A stretch of DNA of 64,000 nucleotides, filler included, from Sphacelaria rigidula (GCA_964200075.2; 7 parts of 7 records of this genome joined end to end with filler, not necessarily neighbours in it), one strand, 5' to 3'. Positions 1 through 13,977 are shown, numbered from the whole stretch's first letter. The notes: generated by a model from the sequence alone, not told the origin. Program-made: numbers and translations.

Positions 1-18
1 GTGAGGTGTGGTGGGGGT

Positions 19-70
<52 letters not shown>

Positions 71-205
71 GGGGTACTCATTTGTTGCTAGCTTTATTTA
101 TATTAGTCGTTTGACGATGATTGTGCTATAATAGAACACGGGGATGGAGCACGAACCACAGAAGTGTCCGACGCACGCGCCAAACCAGGACAATCCCCAC
201 TACAC
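19..205 (-). mobile_element. 3' end of a non-LTR retrotransposon with a long poly(C) tail (poly-G on + strand)
   Basis: G-run followed by GTACTCATTTGTTGCT, which matches the LINE 3' ends at 28575 (CACTCATGTGTTGCTTGCCTTAGTCGT) and 38023 (TGTACTCACTTGTTGCTTGCCTTAGTCGT). The far boundary is approximate. Confidence 0.6.
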
Positions 206-970
206 CGTACAATGGGTCCTATTGTACGGTACGGTAGAGCTCATGAGTTCAAGGAGTGGCACGTATATACAGGCGTGTCGTCCGCGCTAAAAACAGGCAG
301 TACAGGTACTGCACTGCTGCCTACAACAGTACACTGTACTGCACTGTACGTCGCATGCCGAATGCGTAGTGTGCAGCATTTGAGACTTGCACGTTCTTGA
401 GGTTATTATCGCAAGAACCTGTTGAATTTAGCGCAGGCAAGATATTTTCCATACACAAGGAGGTAATCGAACGATTTCTTGAGCAACTCTGTATTGGGCT
501 ACACCAAGTGTCCTCGCAGCGAGTGCTCTTAGCTCCGACGCAGGCTACTGTAGGTCGCAGATCAGGGCTCCCGAAAACGTTGCAAACGCAGTCACTATAC
601 ACGGTGGAACACGTCAAGAGGAAGACAAGTGCTCACGTACACACCAACTTAAACCAGTTTGTATGAATATATGTCATCGATCACATCATCGTCTCACCTG
701 GTTTCCCACTACAGTTCCTTTACGTCGTGGGACCCGAGTCGGCTCAAGCAGAAGACGCGACATTTGGAACATAGTCTAATATATACGCGATACGTTTTTT
801 GGGTATGCGCTTCCAAAATTAGGGTATCCCAAGTGGACCATTGCAGCTTCTGATTCTCATAATACCCATCCTACACCACCGCTCCGCGAGCAAGCACCAT
901 CTATCACGGTACCCAAGGCTAGTTTTCCGCTGCGCCATCTAGACCGTAGTTCGTTGCGATAGTGTAGATC

Positions 971-3900
971 ATGTCTCCTTCCGTACGATCTTCGCTGTGC
1001 GTGGCGGTGGCGACCGCAGCAGCAGTATCATGCGCCTGTCGATCAGCCAGCGCCTTCGTTCAGCCTTTGAGGGCCGCGCCCCAGGGAGCCATGACCTCCA
1101 CAAGGTATGAACAACTGACAGTAGAGTATGAGTACAGCACGTTGCCCTCGCCGACCGTTCATATAGGGCAACATTAACGCTTCATGCTGGAATTGTCCAC
1201 CCGGTGTTTTTTTCTTAGGGAGGATATGAATACCCTCGCATCAGCTATCATGCGCGATTCATGTTTTCCAGCCTCTGTTCGTTGACCTATACTGTCTTCT
1301 CTATTGTCTACTATACTCTTAAAGAATGTATTGTATGTGCGGTGCGTGTACAACAGCTCATCCTGAGCTTCGAGTGTCATCGACTACATTCCCTACCGTT
1401 GGCTGTACTGCGCTATCTGAAACCACCTGTTCTTCATCTCAGCATTTTGTGGTCGTCGACATGTTCCCCTTACTGGCCGTCGATATTGTTCCCAGTGGCA
1501 GCTGTGCACTTCTTGCTTGTCGCATGGATTATATCGGGAACAAAAAAAGTCGTTGTGTGTTGAGGGTTGAGGATATTGTCAGGTGTTGGCGGTTGGCAGT
1601 TTGGCACGTGTCGACCGCTGCTCTGTACCTCGTTCTCGGACTGACTGTTATTGCACTACAATACTAGTGCGCCGTACAAGTACTGTATGGCACTTACTGT
1701 ATCATAGTGTACGGACTGTTGCTGTCATGTACGGGTCGGCACTACAGAGGCAACAGCTGCCAGCTACTGTGTTCCTATTGAAATATCAATCAATATTGAA
1801 AATCATATTGATCGATTGATTATCGAACTTTTCACTGATGCTGCAGGGATCCTGCTGTGTTGACATGATTTACGTTCCCAAGATGAAAACAAAGTAGAAA
1901 CACTCGCTGCAGAAGAATGAAGGAAACGGAGTGGTACGATACACAGAAGTAGACAAATAAGGATGGCGTATAAGAAGAGGAGAGACAAGATTTGAAAGAA
2001 AAGAGACTACAAACGGAAAAAAACTGCTAAACGGCAGAACTCTGCCACATGGCTGCGGTGGAAGAGGTTTTGACCAATAACCACACTCTGTCGAAAACGT
2101 GCGGTCGAATCGAATTTGCTCGTTTCTGATTTGTCCACGCTTTTTATTTTCTCAGATGGTTGAGCACGTAAATGCCGTGGACGTATCAGGCACGATCAAA
2201 CTCGATTCCACCGTACGTTTTCGAGTCGGAAACAATTTGATAAGACACTGCCTCATACTCGTACCCAATCGTTGAAGGACAGAAACTCGTGGAAACAAAT
2301 CTTTTCTCAGCTATTTCGGGTACGAAACTCTCGTCCATGAACCCTACGGAGGCGAGGTACCAAACTGCTGCTTGCTTACGCAGGGAGGAAGGAACACACA
2401 AATAGAGATGAGAAGATACTGCTGCATGCCTCTCGACCCTGCTGTCTGTAAAATTCTCATGTACTTTTCAAGGATTCAGATTGCTGTCGACACATATCCA
2501 GAAGTGTGGGTCAAGGGGGCATGTGGTGAACCTTCCAGATGGCTACCCCCAAACTTGAAACGGGGAAAAGGCCGTGTAATGGGGGCGAGGGGTGATATTC
2601 ATGCCTCTGTGCTATTCTCCACCATGTCGTTGTACTAACTTACTATCCAGAGGGAAGAAATGATGATACCATGCTCACTGGGCTACGAGGAATCCGCACC
2701 TCGCTTGAAGCAAATGTGACGACCCCATTCCACAAAGGGGTTATATGTTACCATGCCTGTGAGAAATTCGTGTTCTGCCCGAAAAAAGTTGGGCCGAATA
2801 TGCCACCGGTCCGCATGACGATTCTTGTGCGTGTTTTTATGCCACTGTGGCATAGCTCACACAAACCGAACTCACAACACACCGCTGATAAGGAGTCAGC
2901 TTTGTTGCCTACCTCAGTAGCGCCCTCTCGCGACCAGTCTACCAGAGTCGAGTGCATGGAATAAACCGTGGTCGTCAAACCCCCACGAGCGGCGAAACCT
3001 GTCAGTCAGTAATCCATGCCTTTCTTGGCGCAGTTGAGTATATCCCTCTTGGCGCATTGCGGTAAAAACGAGAGGAACATGTGACCCGTGACACGACGGC
3101 TAGCAACGGCTAGCAGCGTGGCGCCCACAGTCGTCGACACTATGCCGGGGATTCGTTACAGTGGGCTGCCCCAGTAAGGACGTTGTCGAAGGAGGCTGAC
3201 TCCAGTCATCGGTGCGTGGTGTGAGTTCGTGAGGGTGTCTATGTGCCGTGGAGAGCGGTCTGCCACAATTCTTGTGTCGGAATTTTTATTCGTTTCAAAA
3301 TACCGAATCTCGACGTCTTATCTTTGGGTTCACCTTGTCTACAAACCTCATACGGCGCAAGGTAAACACTTGAGGGTAAGCCTAAAAAAAAACGTGCGCG
3401 AGGTTTTGCAGTGGCATCAGCTCCTTCTGTTGTACGTTTTGCCCGGGGTTGTTAACCGACAGCGGGCATGAGTTATTTCGTTCCATCTTGGTCTCCTCCA
3501 TCCTTATGCTCGCAATAACAGTCGACGAGTAAAAGGCTTCACTTTATCATTGAGCACACCAGGTTTGCAGTGCACCCACAGTACTATGCAGATGACGAGA
3601 AAAATGTCGGGCATGATCGGTTGATGGCGTCATGCTCCGAAGTTGCGATTGGCTTGCAATGCTGCACAAGCCTTGCGTTATTTGGTTTGCGTTCCGTTCC
3701 TACTCTGTGCATTACTTCAAAACACGTAGCACTACGGTAAGCCGTAGCCTGTGCGCCTAATCCCTTTCGACAACACTGCTTACATCGAACTCTATTCATG
3801 CAAAAGCGTGTGCAGCACCCAACAGTTCAAGAGTTGCCCATACGTGCACGAACCTCGTAGAAGATCGTCTCCAAGACCTGTAGTGTGCGTGTGCTATCTT

Positions 3901-6900
3901 GGTTTCCCCTGTGTCTCAGGTACTTATGTATCGATGTCGAAAAGCTTGATCCTCGAGGGAAGCCATGTGAATTCCCCGCATCGTTGAAGCACCTTGAGCA
4001 ACCAGTTGCACAAAGAATGAAGCATGTTACCCACTCACCCAATCCCCAGGCGATATCACATGTGGGGCGCGGGTGCCAACCACACCCTAGACAAAATGTG
4101 GACAATACTTGCAATACACAAAACACGTACTGCATAAAGTATAGGCCTATTGCAAGTATTGCCGGCCGTTGTTCTGAGTCTTCCATCGTGGAACAAATGT
4201 GCTCTCAAGCCCCGAGACGGGCGCAGCCCGGGCTGCGTCTTCCCCAGACAATCGTCTTCAAAGGATCGGTCGATGTCCACCCTGTTTTTTTTTTCTTGAG
4301 CCGGGTATCCTATCCGATTCGTGAACGTAGCATATGTTTGATGCATGTTGTCACCTACCAATCCGTCTCTGGCTGCAAAATCCGACCGGGACCATCGAGT
4401 GAGATGCAGTGCTAAAACAATCCATGTTTTGGCGCGGCACCGTGTCGTCGCCTCGTTGATACAGTAAATGGCAAGACTCGCCACAGAGCACACAAGAACA
4501 GAGGCAGATCATTGCCGACACGGAGCAGCCAACGATGGACATGCGTACGTTGTTGCTCATTTTTGACCTCAAGGCAACTTTGTATCCGCATATTCAGAGC
4601 GCTCCTCCAACAAGTTCCGACCGTTGGTTATTTACGCCACCTTATTACTGTTGCTTAACCTAGGACTCCTCTTGACCTGTGGATGGGGGAGACGTGTAGT
4701 AGTTGTGAAGCGGGCACAACTCCGCTGCGTTTTTTCCCGCAGTTTGACGCGCCTGTGGATTGCGTTGAGGTCTCAACACGATGTGTACTTGTATCGCCCA
4801 CGTCCGGAGGTATAGTAGTGGGTCAGAAACGAGTGCGATAGGTATGGTGATGTGTCAACCGCGTAAGATGCAGGCGTAACACTGACTACCGAGTACACAT
4901 CGTGACCGCACGGGGTGCTGAGAAGGCTCAAGTAGTAGATCACAACATCCATCGATGGGCGACACGACCACCTTGTAGCGGGGTCGGATCGAAGGCGTGC
5001 CTGAGGTATCGCACTCGCTTGGCATTCTTGCAGACAGACGTATGTAAAGGGCTCTGTTGTCCTTGCCAAGCGGGAAACTTTCCACACCGCGGGCAACTCA
5101 ACCCATGCATCTCGACCCTGCAGTACAGTACCCATTTCCGCTGACGGAGTTTTATACTGTGCGGCCCAGCGGTACTATTTTCCACCGGCTGGGTTACATG
5201 GCCAAGTATAACTTAGCAGCACCTTCTTCCACTGGAAGGGTTATACGACGTAACCGATTTAACTCATGATTTGTCCGATGCGTCAAACTTTCCTAGGGTG
5301 GATGCTATCTCCGTGCACCTCGTGGTGCATGCTACTGCGAGTGAACTGTTCACTCAGCCTCCCCAAGGGATTCCTGCAACTTTGCCTGTTATCGAGCATG
5401 TGCAATGCACACCTGTGAAAACTCCTGCCGTTTGAAATACCATCCCTGCCATCCCAGAAGTGGCTGCATGAGTCGGCGACCGTACCTCTGTTTTACAGTA
5501 TGTTATACAGTATGTGTGGTCGGGTCGCATAAGACCTCTGAAACATGAAATAGGATGACCGCAAGCAACACTGCACATGTTGCGAATCTACTGCTTATTC
5601 CCAGTTCTGCTGTCTTGGTCGTCGACCAAAGTGCAAGTTGATTCGTTGCGCTTCTCAAATCCAACGCAGGCTTGTGTCTTTGTCGTTGTTGTTTTCGGCA
5701 GGGCTGTGAGGCAATCTGTGTCTCCGACCGGCAGTCGACCAGCACAGCGTCGGGTATCGAGCGCGGTCTGCATGGATGCGTCCACCGCGGTAAGATTTCG
5801 CCGCGATATTCCCAGCGTTACCTAGGGTTGTGTTGTGTTGTGTCGCGATGTAGTTCGAAATTTGATGGGCTTCGTTTGGCGTTTCATCTCGTCGCTGCTG
5901 CCCTGTCAGGTATGATTACAGTATTTATTCACAGTTGCCATTCCTAAGCGCGGAGGCTTTGCGTGAAGAGCAATCTACGACGTCGGCTTCGTCGTGTTCA
6001 AGCGCGGTCACATTTTGGTGCTCTGTCTCGTCCGCGTTTACCGACGGGTGTCAGTTTTCATTCGGCTAGTAATAGTTTAATAATCTACAGTGGGTACCCA
6101 GAGTTGAGAGCGGTCGAAATGGCTTGTGACGGGAAAAACTGGTGAGAACGTTTTTTTCTCATCTCCACTACAACCGCTCTCAAGTCGGGTCTGCCATGCC
6201 TCCGCATCACGACAGAACCCCGAATATACGTCCCATGAATCTCAAATAGTGAAAGTCGGGCGTGCCGATACAAGGCAGTCTGCACCTATACCCTGCGCAT
6301 TGGAAGTGCACTGCGTGGGGCCTGGATGGCATGTGTTTGCGTGGTTTGCCAGTAACCAAAATGAAACGCATCTTACTCTAGCTGCCAAAGAGGTTTTCTT
6401 GGCTGGGCCATCGTTTGTTATTTTCATTAGTTGGTATCATTTCGGTCTTCTGGTGTTTTGGTGTGGGCGTAGTTGGTATCTTCATACTCCCACGAGTTTG
6501 CAGAATGTAAATATGAAGGGGATTGTGTGTCGTATAGTGAAGCGTAATTTCCACGAACAGCGGGGGAAAAGATGTTGCAAAGCAGGTGCTGGAAATAGAT
6601 GTAGTGTGCAGTTAAGGGCAATGCATACAAGCACTCTTGTATTCGCTACGGTTTGATTTCTTTTCTGCACACGGCATGTCCAGCTTTGGTACAGTAAATG
6701 TATTGAGACGCATTGTGTTACGGTATCATGCCTTCACGCCTCTCTAGGACGTCGGAAACCGCCTCAACCAACTCTCGGATACGGGTCATATAGAAAGGAC
6801 CGCGTTTTACTGGAGTATTCCCTACGTGAAGCGATTTTACCCTTATCCTGAGATACGAGCAATGCGCTCTCGGGTAGGTATAACAGCGTTGTGTAGTCAA

Positions 6901-8980
6901 TAGTGCCTGTTTTAGCTGGTCATGAGGCGCCCGCGGCTTGGAGTACCCACTGTGTGTCATTTGTTTTTGATAACACGTCTGCTGTGTTGATTATTGGTCT
7001 TCCAGGCGTTCATGGTGAGATACTGACTTGTGTATGTTTCGCGTCGTGTTGGCGATTGAACAGTTCATGGACGACCCGAAGCTGAGGCCTCTGGAAGATG
7101 ACGACTACGTGGCGTTTGGCTTGGCGTGCTGCTTCGTCATGAATGACGACCTCAAGCTCGAGGGTGAGTTCCGTTGCTGCATCAACAGGCGAACGGCGAC
7201 GGTAACGTTAAAGGTAGATGTAGAGGTAGACGAAGGCGTCAGCTGTGTGGTTCCGTCACGCTCTGCATGTTGGGCATGTTGGCCGTTGCATTAAGTTTTG
7301 TGTCCCAGCGGATGGTTGTCTCTGACGGCGAGGTTTGTTGTCCAAGTCGACGTGGTTTACGTTTATGAGCCCACAGATGGCACTACAGTATTGCTTATCA
7401 CCCCCCTAGTGTTGAATTCCTGCACGCCTGCACCACGGGCGTACTAATAATCGTCACCCCTGCTACCATTATGAGTACAAAAGCCATGTATCCTTGAAAC
7501 GAAATCCAGGAATAACCGTGGTCCGCAGCGCCCTCATTGTTTCGCTACGTGAAGCGCATTGCTCCGTCGTTGCCTACGTCAGCCGAACGTCGCTCATTTC
7601 ATTCGTCGGACAACCCACCGGATGGGAGATAATCATCTCAAGCAAACATTTACAGACAACGACCTGTGGTTTATCCACGCAAACATCACTGCACTGTCTC
7701 GTACACCCTCAGAGTACCATGTCTACGAGCCCTTAACCGCTGGAACCCTGGAGACCATCGCGGGATCGGTCAACTTGGAGACCTCGTACAAGCGCGTAAC
7801 GGCGTTCAGGGCAGCAGATATCTTTGAGGGACCGCCCGCCAGGCCCACCGGGATCCAGGTGGACAAGCTGAACATCCTTTTGCAGGACGAGACGGCAAAT
7901 GTGAGCCCTTTGTTGCACACACGTACACGATAAAACAGAGGAAGTCCTGCGCGTTCGTGGAGGTGATTTGTTTCGAAAAAGGTTATGTTCCACGCAGCAC
8001 GCGTGGATGTCCCGCAGAATGTCTGGGAAGGTCGGTCTGAAATTGACAGAATGCGTGGCAACATCGAAGATTGCAGACTGTACGTAATAATGGTCAACTT
8101 CTTGTGGGCTTTCAGGACCTACGAAAGGAATCTAAGAGGGAACACACACGGTAGCATGCTGATGAAAAGGGTTCTTCAATCCTCCGTATCTCAGCGGAAA
8201 TATCTCCTTTTCAGAGCCAGCTGTTTCACGCGTTTTTGTGTAGAGAGAATTTCCCGAAGACCATTTTAGGATCGCGATTTTTGGCAAAAGCGTGAGAAAA
8301 ATAGACTGTAGTTGGTCATTCGACGCACAAATAGTGAGCAGTTTTTTTTCAATATCCGTCAAGGGTGCAGTTGTAGCTTTGTCACGTGCGTCATTTTCAT
8401 CTTATTTTCCCCCGCAGTCGTCCGGCGTTTTTGCTTGTCACTACCAACTACCCTTGCCCCCCGTATTTGAATGTGGCATGGATTGCGTTGTCCGCCAAAT
8501 TGGACCGGAGTGAATGTGAAAGCCAGTCGTGTTCGGAACGGTTTTACCTCGGGTGATGGTTGACATGTCTTAACCCTCAGACGGCGGGAGTGGGTCATTC
8601 GTTGAATCGGCATCAATTCCACTTGGAAAAAGTTTTCATGATCCATATGGACTACTCTCGCGCTCATAGGATGTCATGAAAGCACATAACTATGAGCATC
8701 AGTTGATCGTCTCCAATTCCAGCCCGTCTTCGCGAATATATCCATTACCAGAGCGGAATGAGAGTTGAAGAGCCTTCATACCTACTCTTCTTACCAGTGC
8801 GATCTATATATATATATATATGTGTGTTGCGGTTAAGCATGATGTATAAGGACGCACATTTGACCGTGGTCGCATGGTTGTCCCAATTGTGTGTGTGTAT
8901 TTATTTTGCAGCCGTGCGAGAACATGTTGGAAAGGACAATGGCGGCCGCGCGCACATTCAAGAGGAGGGTAGAGGCACAG
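971..8980 (+). CDS. Plastid-targeted protein of unknown function resembling a conserved cyanobacterial hypothetical family; 3' end cut off by contig end
   Basis: Phase-compatible GT-AG exons 971-1104, 5702-5789, 7064-7163, 7713-7900 and 8912-8980; a symmetrical 81-bp candidate exon 3131-3211 also fits. Signal peptide with ASA|F motif and an S/R/A-rich transit peptide. Mature part DDDYVAFGLACCF..EYHVYEPLTAGTLETI..ETSYKRV..ERTMAAARTFKRRVEAQ. The family resemblance is from memory, not a search. Confidence 0.85.
2088..2252 (+). mobile_element. 5'-truncated Tourist/PIF-Harbinger-like MITE
   Basis: Homologous to 15627-15816; ends TTGATAAGACACTGCC followed by TCA. Confidence 0.75.
8574..8671. mobile_element. 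Degenerate piggyBac-like (TTAA) MITE
   Basis: Starts TTAA|CCCTCAGACGGCGGGAG; internal GAATCGGCATCAAT and CATGATCCA shared with 25243-25339; right end decayed. Confidence 0.6.
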
Positions 8981-9065
8981 GTGAATGCTTCCAGTAGAGC
9001 AGTGGGATGGGAGGGAGGGGGTGTACTCATGATCATGCATGCCATAGTCATGGGACCATTGACCT

Positions 9066-9165
9066 NNNNNNNNNNNNNNNNNNNNNNNNNNNNNNNNNNN
9101 NNNNNNNNNTTAATTAATTAANNNNNNNNNNNNNNNNNNNNNNNNNNNNNNNNNNNNNNNNNNNN
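9066..9165. other. Artificial contig spacer (N44-TTAATTAATTAA-N44)
   Basis: The same 100-bp spacer recurs at 18231, 27396, 36560, 45724 and 54887. Confidence 0.98.
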
Positions 9166-9400
9166 TAGTCGAGCTAGATCAAGTTGTGCGGCGTGGGAGA
9201 ACCTCAACTCCGCACAATGGGGATGATCGTACTACGCAGTGGGTCTATGGTGAGACACCCATGATGAGGTAATGTATAAGCCGTGGCTGTCTCTGGAAGT
9301 GGCGATACCAGAACATAAAGCGACTCATTGTAGGCTGCCATCCAAATGCAACACAATCAGCAGGCCTCGGGTCGAACAATGTTAGCAGGATGCAGGTCTG
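9166..9400 (+). repeat. Dispersed repeat, probably a non-LTR element fragment
   Basis: GTCGAGCTAGATCA..GGAGAACCTCAACTCCGC..ATGGTGAGACACCCATGA is shared with 12627-12850. Confidence 0.7.
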
Positions 9401-9993
9401 GTGAACACATACGATGGCATGAATTCCCGAGGGATTATCAATCTGGGTCAGCTTTGCTCTGTTAGTCAGCGGGTTTTTGCTCTGTGGATCACCAGGGATA
9501 CGCAGTCGAGGGCAAGCAACCCGGAATCTCCTGTTGGGTCCTCATTGCCAGTACATTCGGGGTGTGCACCGCAGAAGCCAGAGAGAGTACAGCACCCGAG
9601 TGGATGCCGTGTCAGAAGCGCACAGAGCGCCATGCACCGACTCTTGCCCATACATCAAACGCGCGAGTCGCACTGCTAACTGTGAAGTATTATATCTAAA
9701 CGCGGCCGACCCTACACGTATCAAGTTGAAAGGAGCGCGTGAACGCAGAAGACATCAGCCTTTTGGATAATTTCATAGCAGCAAAGCGGAACAAATACAC
9801 CCTAGATACTTTCATACGGTGTTGTATATTTATTATTATTCGAGTGCTCCCACCTACAAACCGGATGGTCTTCCAAACAGTGGTGCTGATGACACGGTTG
9901 CTTAACATCGATATGCGGATGGTCAACTTTACCGCGGAGTCCCATTCTCAACGCAGCCGTGAAAGCAACAGCACTCGATGGATTCCGGTTATC

Positions 9994-12900
9994 CTACTTA
10001 CAAACCATTGCTGCAAACTCAGCCGGTGAGGTTTCTCCGCATTTGTTTATCTTCCAATCCTTCACGGGACGTTGGTTGAGCGTCTCCACCTCGCTCATCT
10101 CATGAAGCGCCTTCATGCCCATGATTACCCTGGGAAGGACAAGATATTATCATGAACACGCCGACAGAACAGGGCAAGACGGAGATGCTTATTGATGCCG
10201 CAATCCCTTTCATAACTTTCCTATCCGCAGAATGTGCGAAGTAACGTGCATACATGACCACACCCCCACCACAAGTCCCACGCGCAAAACTGTGAAACGT
10301 GTCCGCATTGTTTATCCCTGCCTGCCGAAAAAAATATATAAACACAATTACGTCTATCGTTTGACCACGGCTAGGTCCCTGGGGAATCTGTTAAGTTGAG
10401 ACAATCAATCAATCAAACTACTCAAAGGAGGATATCAGCTGCACCTTTACCTGACAATTTGCACTCTGCATGCCAGGATCGCGCTGCATACTGGGTGGGA
10501 CACTCTTCCCAGTGCCCAACAGAGATTAGAACTACAGAAACACGCAAACAGCATCGCGTCATAAACGTCTCAAGGGATCAATCATCACCTTCCGAAGCCA
10601 ACGACCTTGTGATTCAACCACGGCTGGGGTGTCAGTGTGACCAGAAATTGTGAGGCGTTTGTATGTGGCCCATCGTTCGCCATGGCAAGCATCCCCGTGT
10701 CATGAAAGCGCACGCCAAACGCCTCATCCCCGAAAACGTCGCCGTAGATGGAGACTCCGCCATCTCCTGCCCCCGATACTATATCCCCGCCCTGTATCCA
10801 CCCACCTCGTACAACTCGATGAAATGGGCTACCCTGGTAGCTCAGCCTATTACAAGAAGAACACGTCAAGACAAGGGGGGAGAGATCGCAAGAAGAAAAC
10901 GCATCAGATGGCAGCTTCAACGTCGTGTGATTTTTCTTTGAAAGCAATACACACCGCACCCACGTTTGTGTCAAGAAAAGTATACCGACACCGGGCGATT
11001 CAACGGATTACTACCAGGGTAACTCATAAGTACACAGCCGATGTAGGCCATTCATTAATCGTCCGCCGCGTGTGTGTCGAAGTTTTTGCTTACGACAACA
11101 CTTGTACACTGAGGATTTTTCCCAGAGCTCGCTCAACGCAAAGAACAGCGGGATATGCACGGGGTCTACAAGTGCTGCAAATAGGCAACGGGTAAACTCC
11201 CCAACTACAACTGCCGGACTCTCTATCGTAATACCACGGGGATGGTATCCGCGCCATTCGAACAATTTCACGAGCACATGCGCACTCACTTCATCCCGTT
11301 CGCATCTTTTCCCTTTTCCCCCGTACACAGAGCGCGGAAGTTCTCACACGTCTTCGGGCATACTTGCCTGTAGAGCTGAAATACTACGCGCCGTGGACGA
11401 CTGGAAGAACCTTGAGCAATATCCATGTACACTAGCGGTTGATTTGCAGAAGATAAGTTTTTCTGCGTTTGTAATCCAGCGACACAGCGGAAAAACACCG
11501 AAACGCGTCTGCACATGTGGTGATTTCTTCGGGTCCCAAGTCATCCGACACCCGACGAATCACCGCAGGGAACGTACATATTCGAGGTGATACAATAATT
11601 GCGACTTTCACGTCTACAAGTTCTTGCATGGATTCAGAATCGAGTCGACCTGTGCGTAGTATTCACCCTATCGCTTTACAGGTAGTCAGGCATGATTCAA
11701 ACAGAAAAACGGCCTTATTTATAACATTATCATATTGCACTTGTTGGCAAGAGAGCCACCCCTAGTTGTTGATCGACGCCACGCCATTATCCGCACAGAT
11801 TATGCGCTCACTTGACGTTTCGTTTTCCGGCACTCAGTCCGACGCTGCTAGACGCAAAGATATGTCCTATGAACTGAGCGCAAGTCGAGTTGAGCACGCG
11901 ACTAGCTGGGTACAGTGGATGTAGGTCGTCGGTTTCGACCCTATAAGCGAGCGATGACTCTGAGGTTTCGGAGACTGCACAGTCAGTTCGTTGCATGTTT
12001 CGGCTCTCCAGGAAAAACAATAAGACGGATTGTTATGATTTGGTCGCTTAGATGAAGGCAACGGTACAGCAGTCTAAAGCATACCCCCAGCTGGATAGTA
12101 GAGGGAAGAGTAAGGTGAACGGAAGGCTCACTTCGCACTGTTCTCTTGCTATTTCAGTCCAGTTGGTGCTTTCGTCTTGCCCCTGGTCAAAGGATGGTAA
12201 AAGCTGCTTGGCGTGGCAGATCAGGTCCTCAACAACGCCAAGATACGTACGCCCGCCGTCGAGTAGCACCATATGCTTTGCCTTGTGCTGTTACGAGAAA
12301 ACAAGACGGACGTCTACAAAATGTGGCGTGGTCTGGCCCATCTTGCTGAGTTAGTGCGTAGGAGAGCGTCACAACCGATCAGCAAGGACGGCAAAACGTC
12401 GATGAAATATTTAAAAAAATCGGACTATATAATACATAAAAAAAACGATTCCACGACGAGCTACAAGACGTATAAGGTTCGCATTACGCGGACGGTCACC
12501 TTGGCGATGGTGCTGTAAAACACACCACTCGCTGCGTAAGCTGGACAACCAGGTTACGGATTTTTTGCGCGCTTGCGTTTTTTTTGCGTTAACCATGACG
12601 GTGGTCGAGCTAGAGCTATAATGGCGGTCGAGCTAGATCAGATTTTGCGGGGTCGGAGAACCTCAACTCCGCGCAAAGGAGACGGTCGTATTACGTAGTG
12701 TTGAAATGGTGAGACACCCATGAGGGAATGGATAAGCCGTGGTTGTCTCTTGAAGCGGCGACACCAGAAAATGAAGCAACTCATGGTAGGCTGTCATCCA
12801 CATGTGAAAATCAGTAGGCTTCGGGCCGAACAATCTAAGCAGAATGTAGCCCACCCTTCATGCGACCCGCCGAAAACACCACGGCGCTTCGCGCTTGGTG

Positions 12901-13977
12901 ATTGAGTGCGAGCTTGGTCCGGCGAAAACTCGGCGCGCTCCGTCCCGGCTTGGTAGAGATGCGACGTCAATGGTTTTATGACTATGGCATGCACGATCAT
13001 GAGGCCAGAACGTGAACCCATGTCTGCACTTAGTTATTTATTTATTATAACTGTCGCCCTTTGAACCCCTCCCGTTCTTCGGGACGAGGCCGTGGTCTCA
13101 AGGGATTAACCCATCTCGCCCCGATACACGACTTGCATATTGGACTCGCGGATTGGGTCAGCACTCCCGTACCGCGTCAACTCACGTCAAACAAACTCAG
13201 TCAACTACTTTGCTCACTCACGTTCTCACGCTTTCCACGGTTGAAATCAGATGCTACGAAGAAAAAACCCCACGCATCAGGACTCGAACCCTTATTTTCT
13301 CCATCCTAATGGCGACAGTCGGACCATTACGCCACCGGGGCGCGGCGCCTTGCATTATTTTCTTCAGCAATCTGGTACCTTCATCGAACAAAACAGGTGT
13401 CGCTTCATATTTCTCAGATTAACGACTACGTGTCTCTTGTACACCAAAATACCTCGAAAGGACCAAGTACACCCAGAATTTCACGCACCAGCAAGGGTGT
13501 CATGTGCACCGTACTGTAATCAATCGCGAGGCCCTGCACTTGATGCCTCTGTAACTCACACAACATGCATGTTGTGTCGACAACACCAATCTCTTCCCTT
13601 GACTTAACAGCGATCTGGACACTAGTCTTGCTGCTGCTCCAGCATCTGTATACACACATAGGGGTGCATTGTGGAGACGAGACAAGGTGCCATTACTAGG
13701 AAGTGTCTAGACAGGGACGAGATCACTTGGACATTATTATCCTATTATGTAGCAGAATATTCATCTTCACCTCATAGATGTTACCACCGAGTCTCATTTT
13801 AGTCGCCACCAGAAACTCTGCCCAAGAGGTTTCATGCATTCCATCCACCTGGACGGCAACTCCGCACTCAGTCAACTGCGGAGCCACCAGCACTCTACAC
13901 CTGTGGAACGCGGGGTCTGAAATACACCCAGCGATTACAGTACTACCACTAGTACCACTACCGGTGTTGCGCGACAT
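9994..13977 (-). CDS. PPIL6: Cyclophilin-type PPIase-like protein, PPIL6/radial spoke protein 12-like; complete 5-exon gene
   Basis: Exons 13977-13771, 12287-12132, 11462-11290, 10846-10589 and 10129-9994 splice in frame with GT-AG. Motifs: CPKTCENFRALCTGEKG, FHRVVRGGWIQGGD, SIYGDVFGDE, LAMANDGPHTNASQF, PWLNHKVVGFGRV, NQRP. The N-terminal extension (IAGCISDPAFHRC..HETSW) is typical of PPIL6. Confidence 0.9.
12500..12960 (+). repeat. Dispersed repeat in a cyclophilin intron
   Basis: Shares blocks with 9166-9400 and with 16322-16445 (TTGGCGATG..GCTGTAAAACAC; AAACTCGGCGYGCTCCGTCCCGGCTT). Confidence 0.7.
13051..13343 (-). mobile_element. tRNA-derived SINE
   Basis: Pol III A box TGGCGTAATGG (13334-13324) and B box GGTTCGAGTCC (13290-13280); no acceptor stem. 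A truncated copy of the head lies at about 16602-16650 (+). The 3' boundary is approximate. Confidence 0.65.

Noticed and set aside
4465..4572. Additional exon of the plastid protein gene
   Set aside because: The GT donor gives an incompatible phase; only a weak GC donor would fit.
9110..9121. TTAATTAATTAA recurring every ~9.16 kb as a periodic biological signal
   Set aside because: Always centred in 44+44 N; it is an assembly linker.
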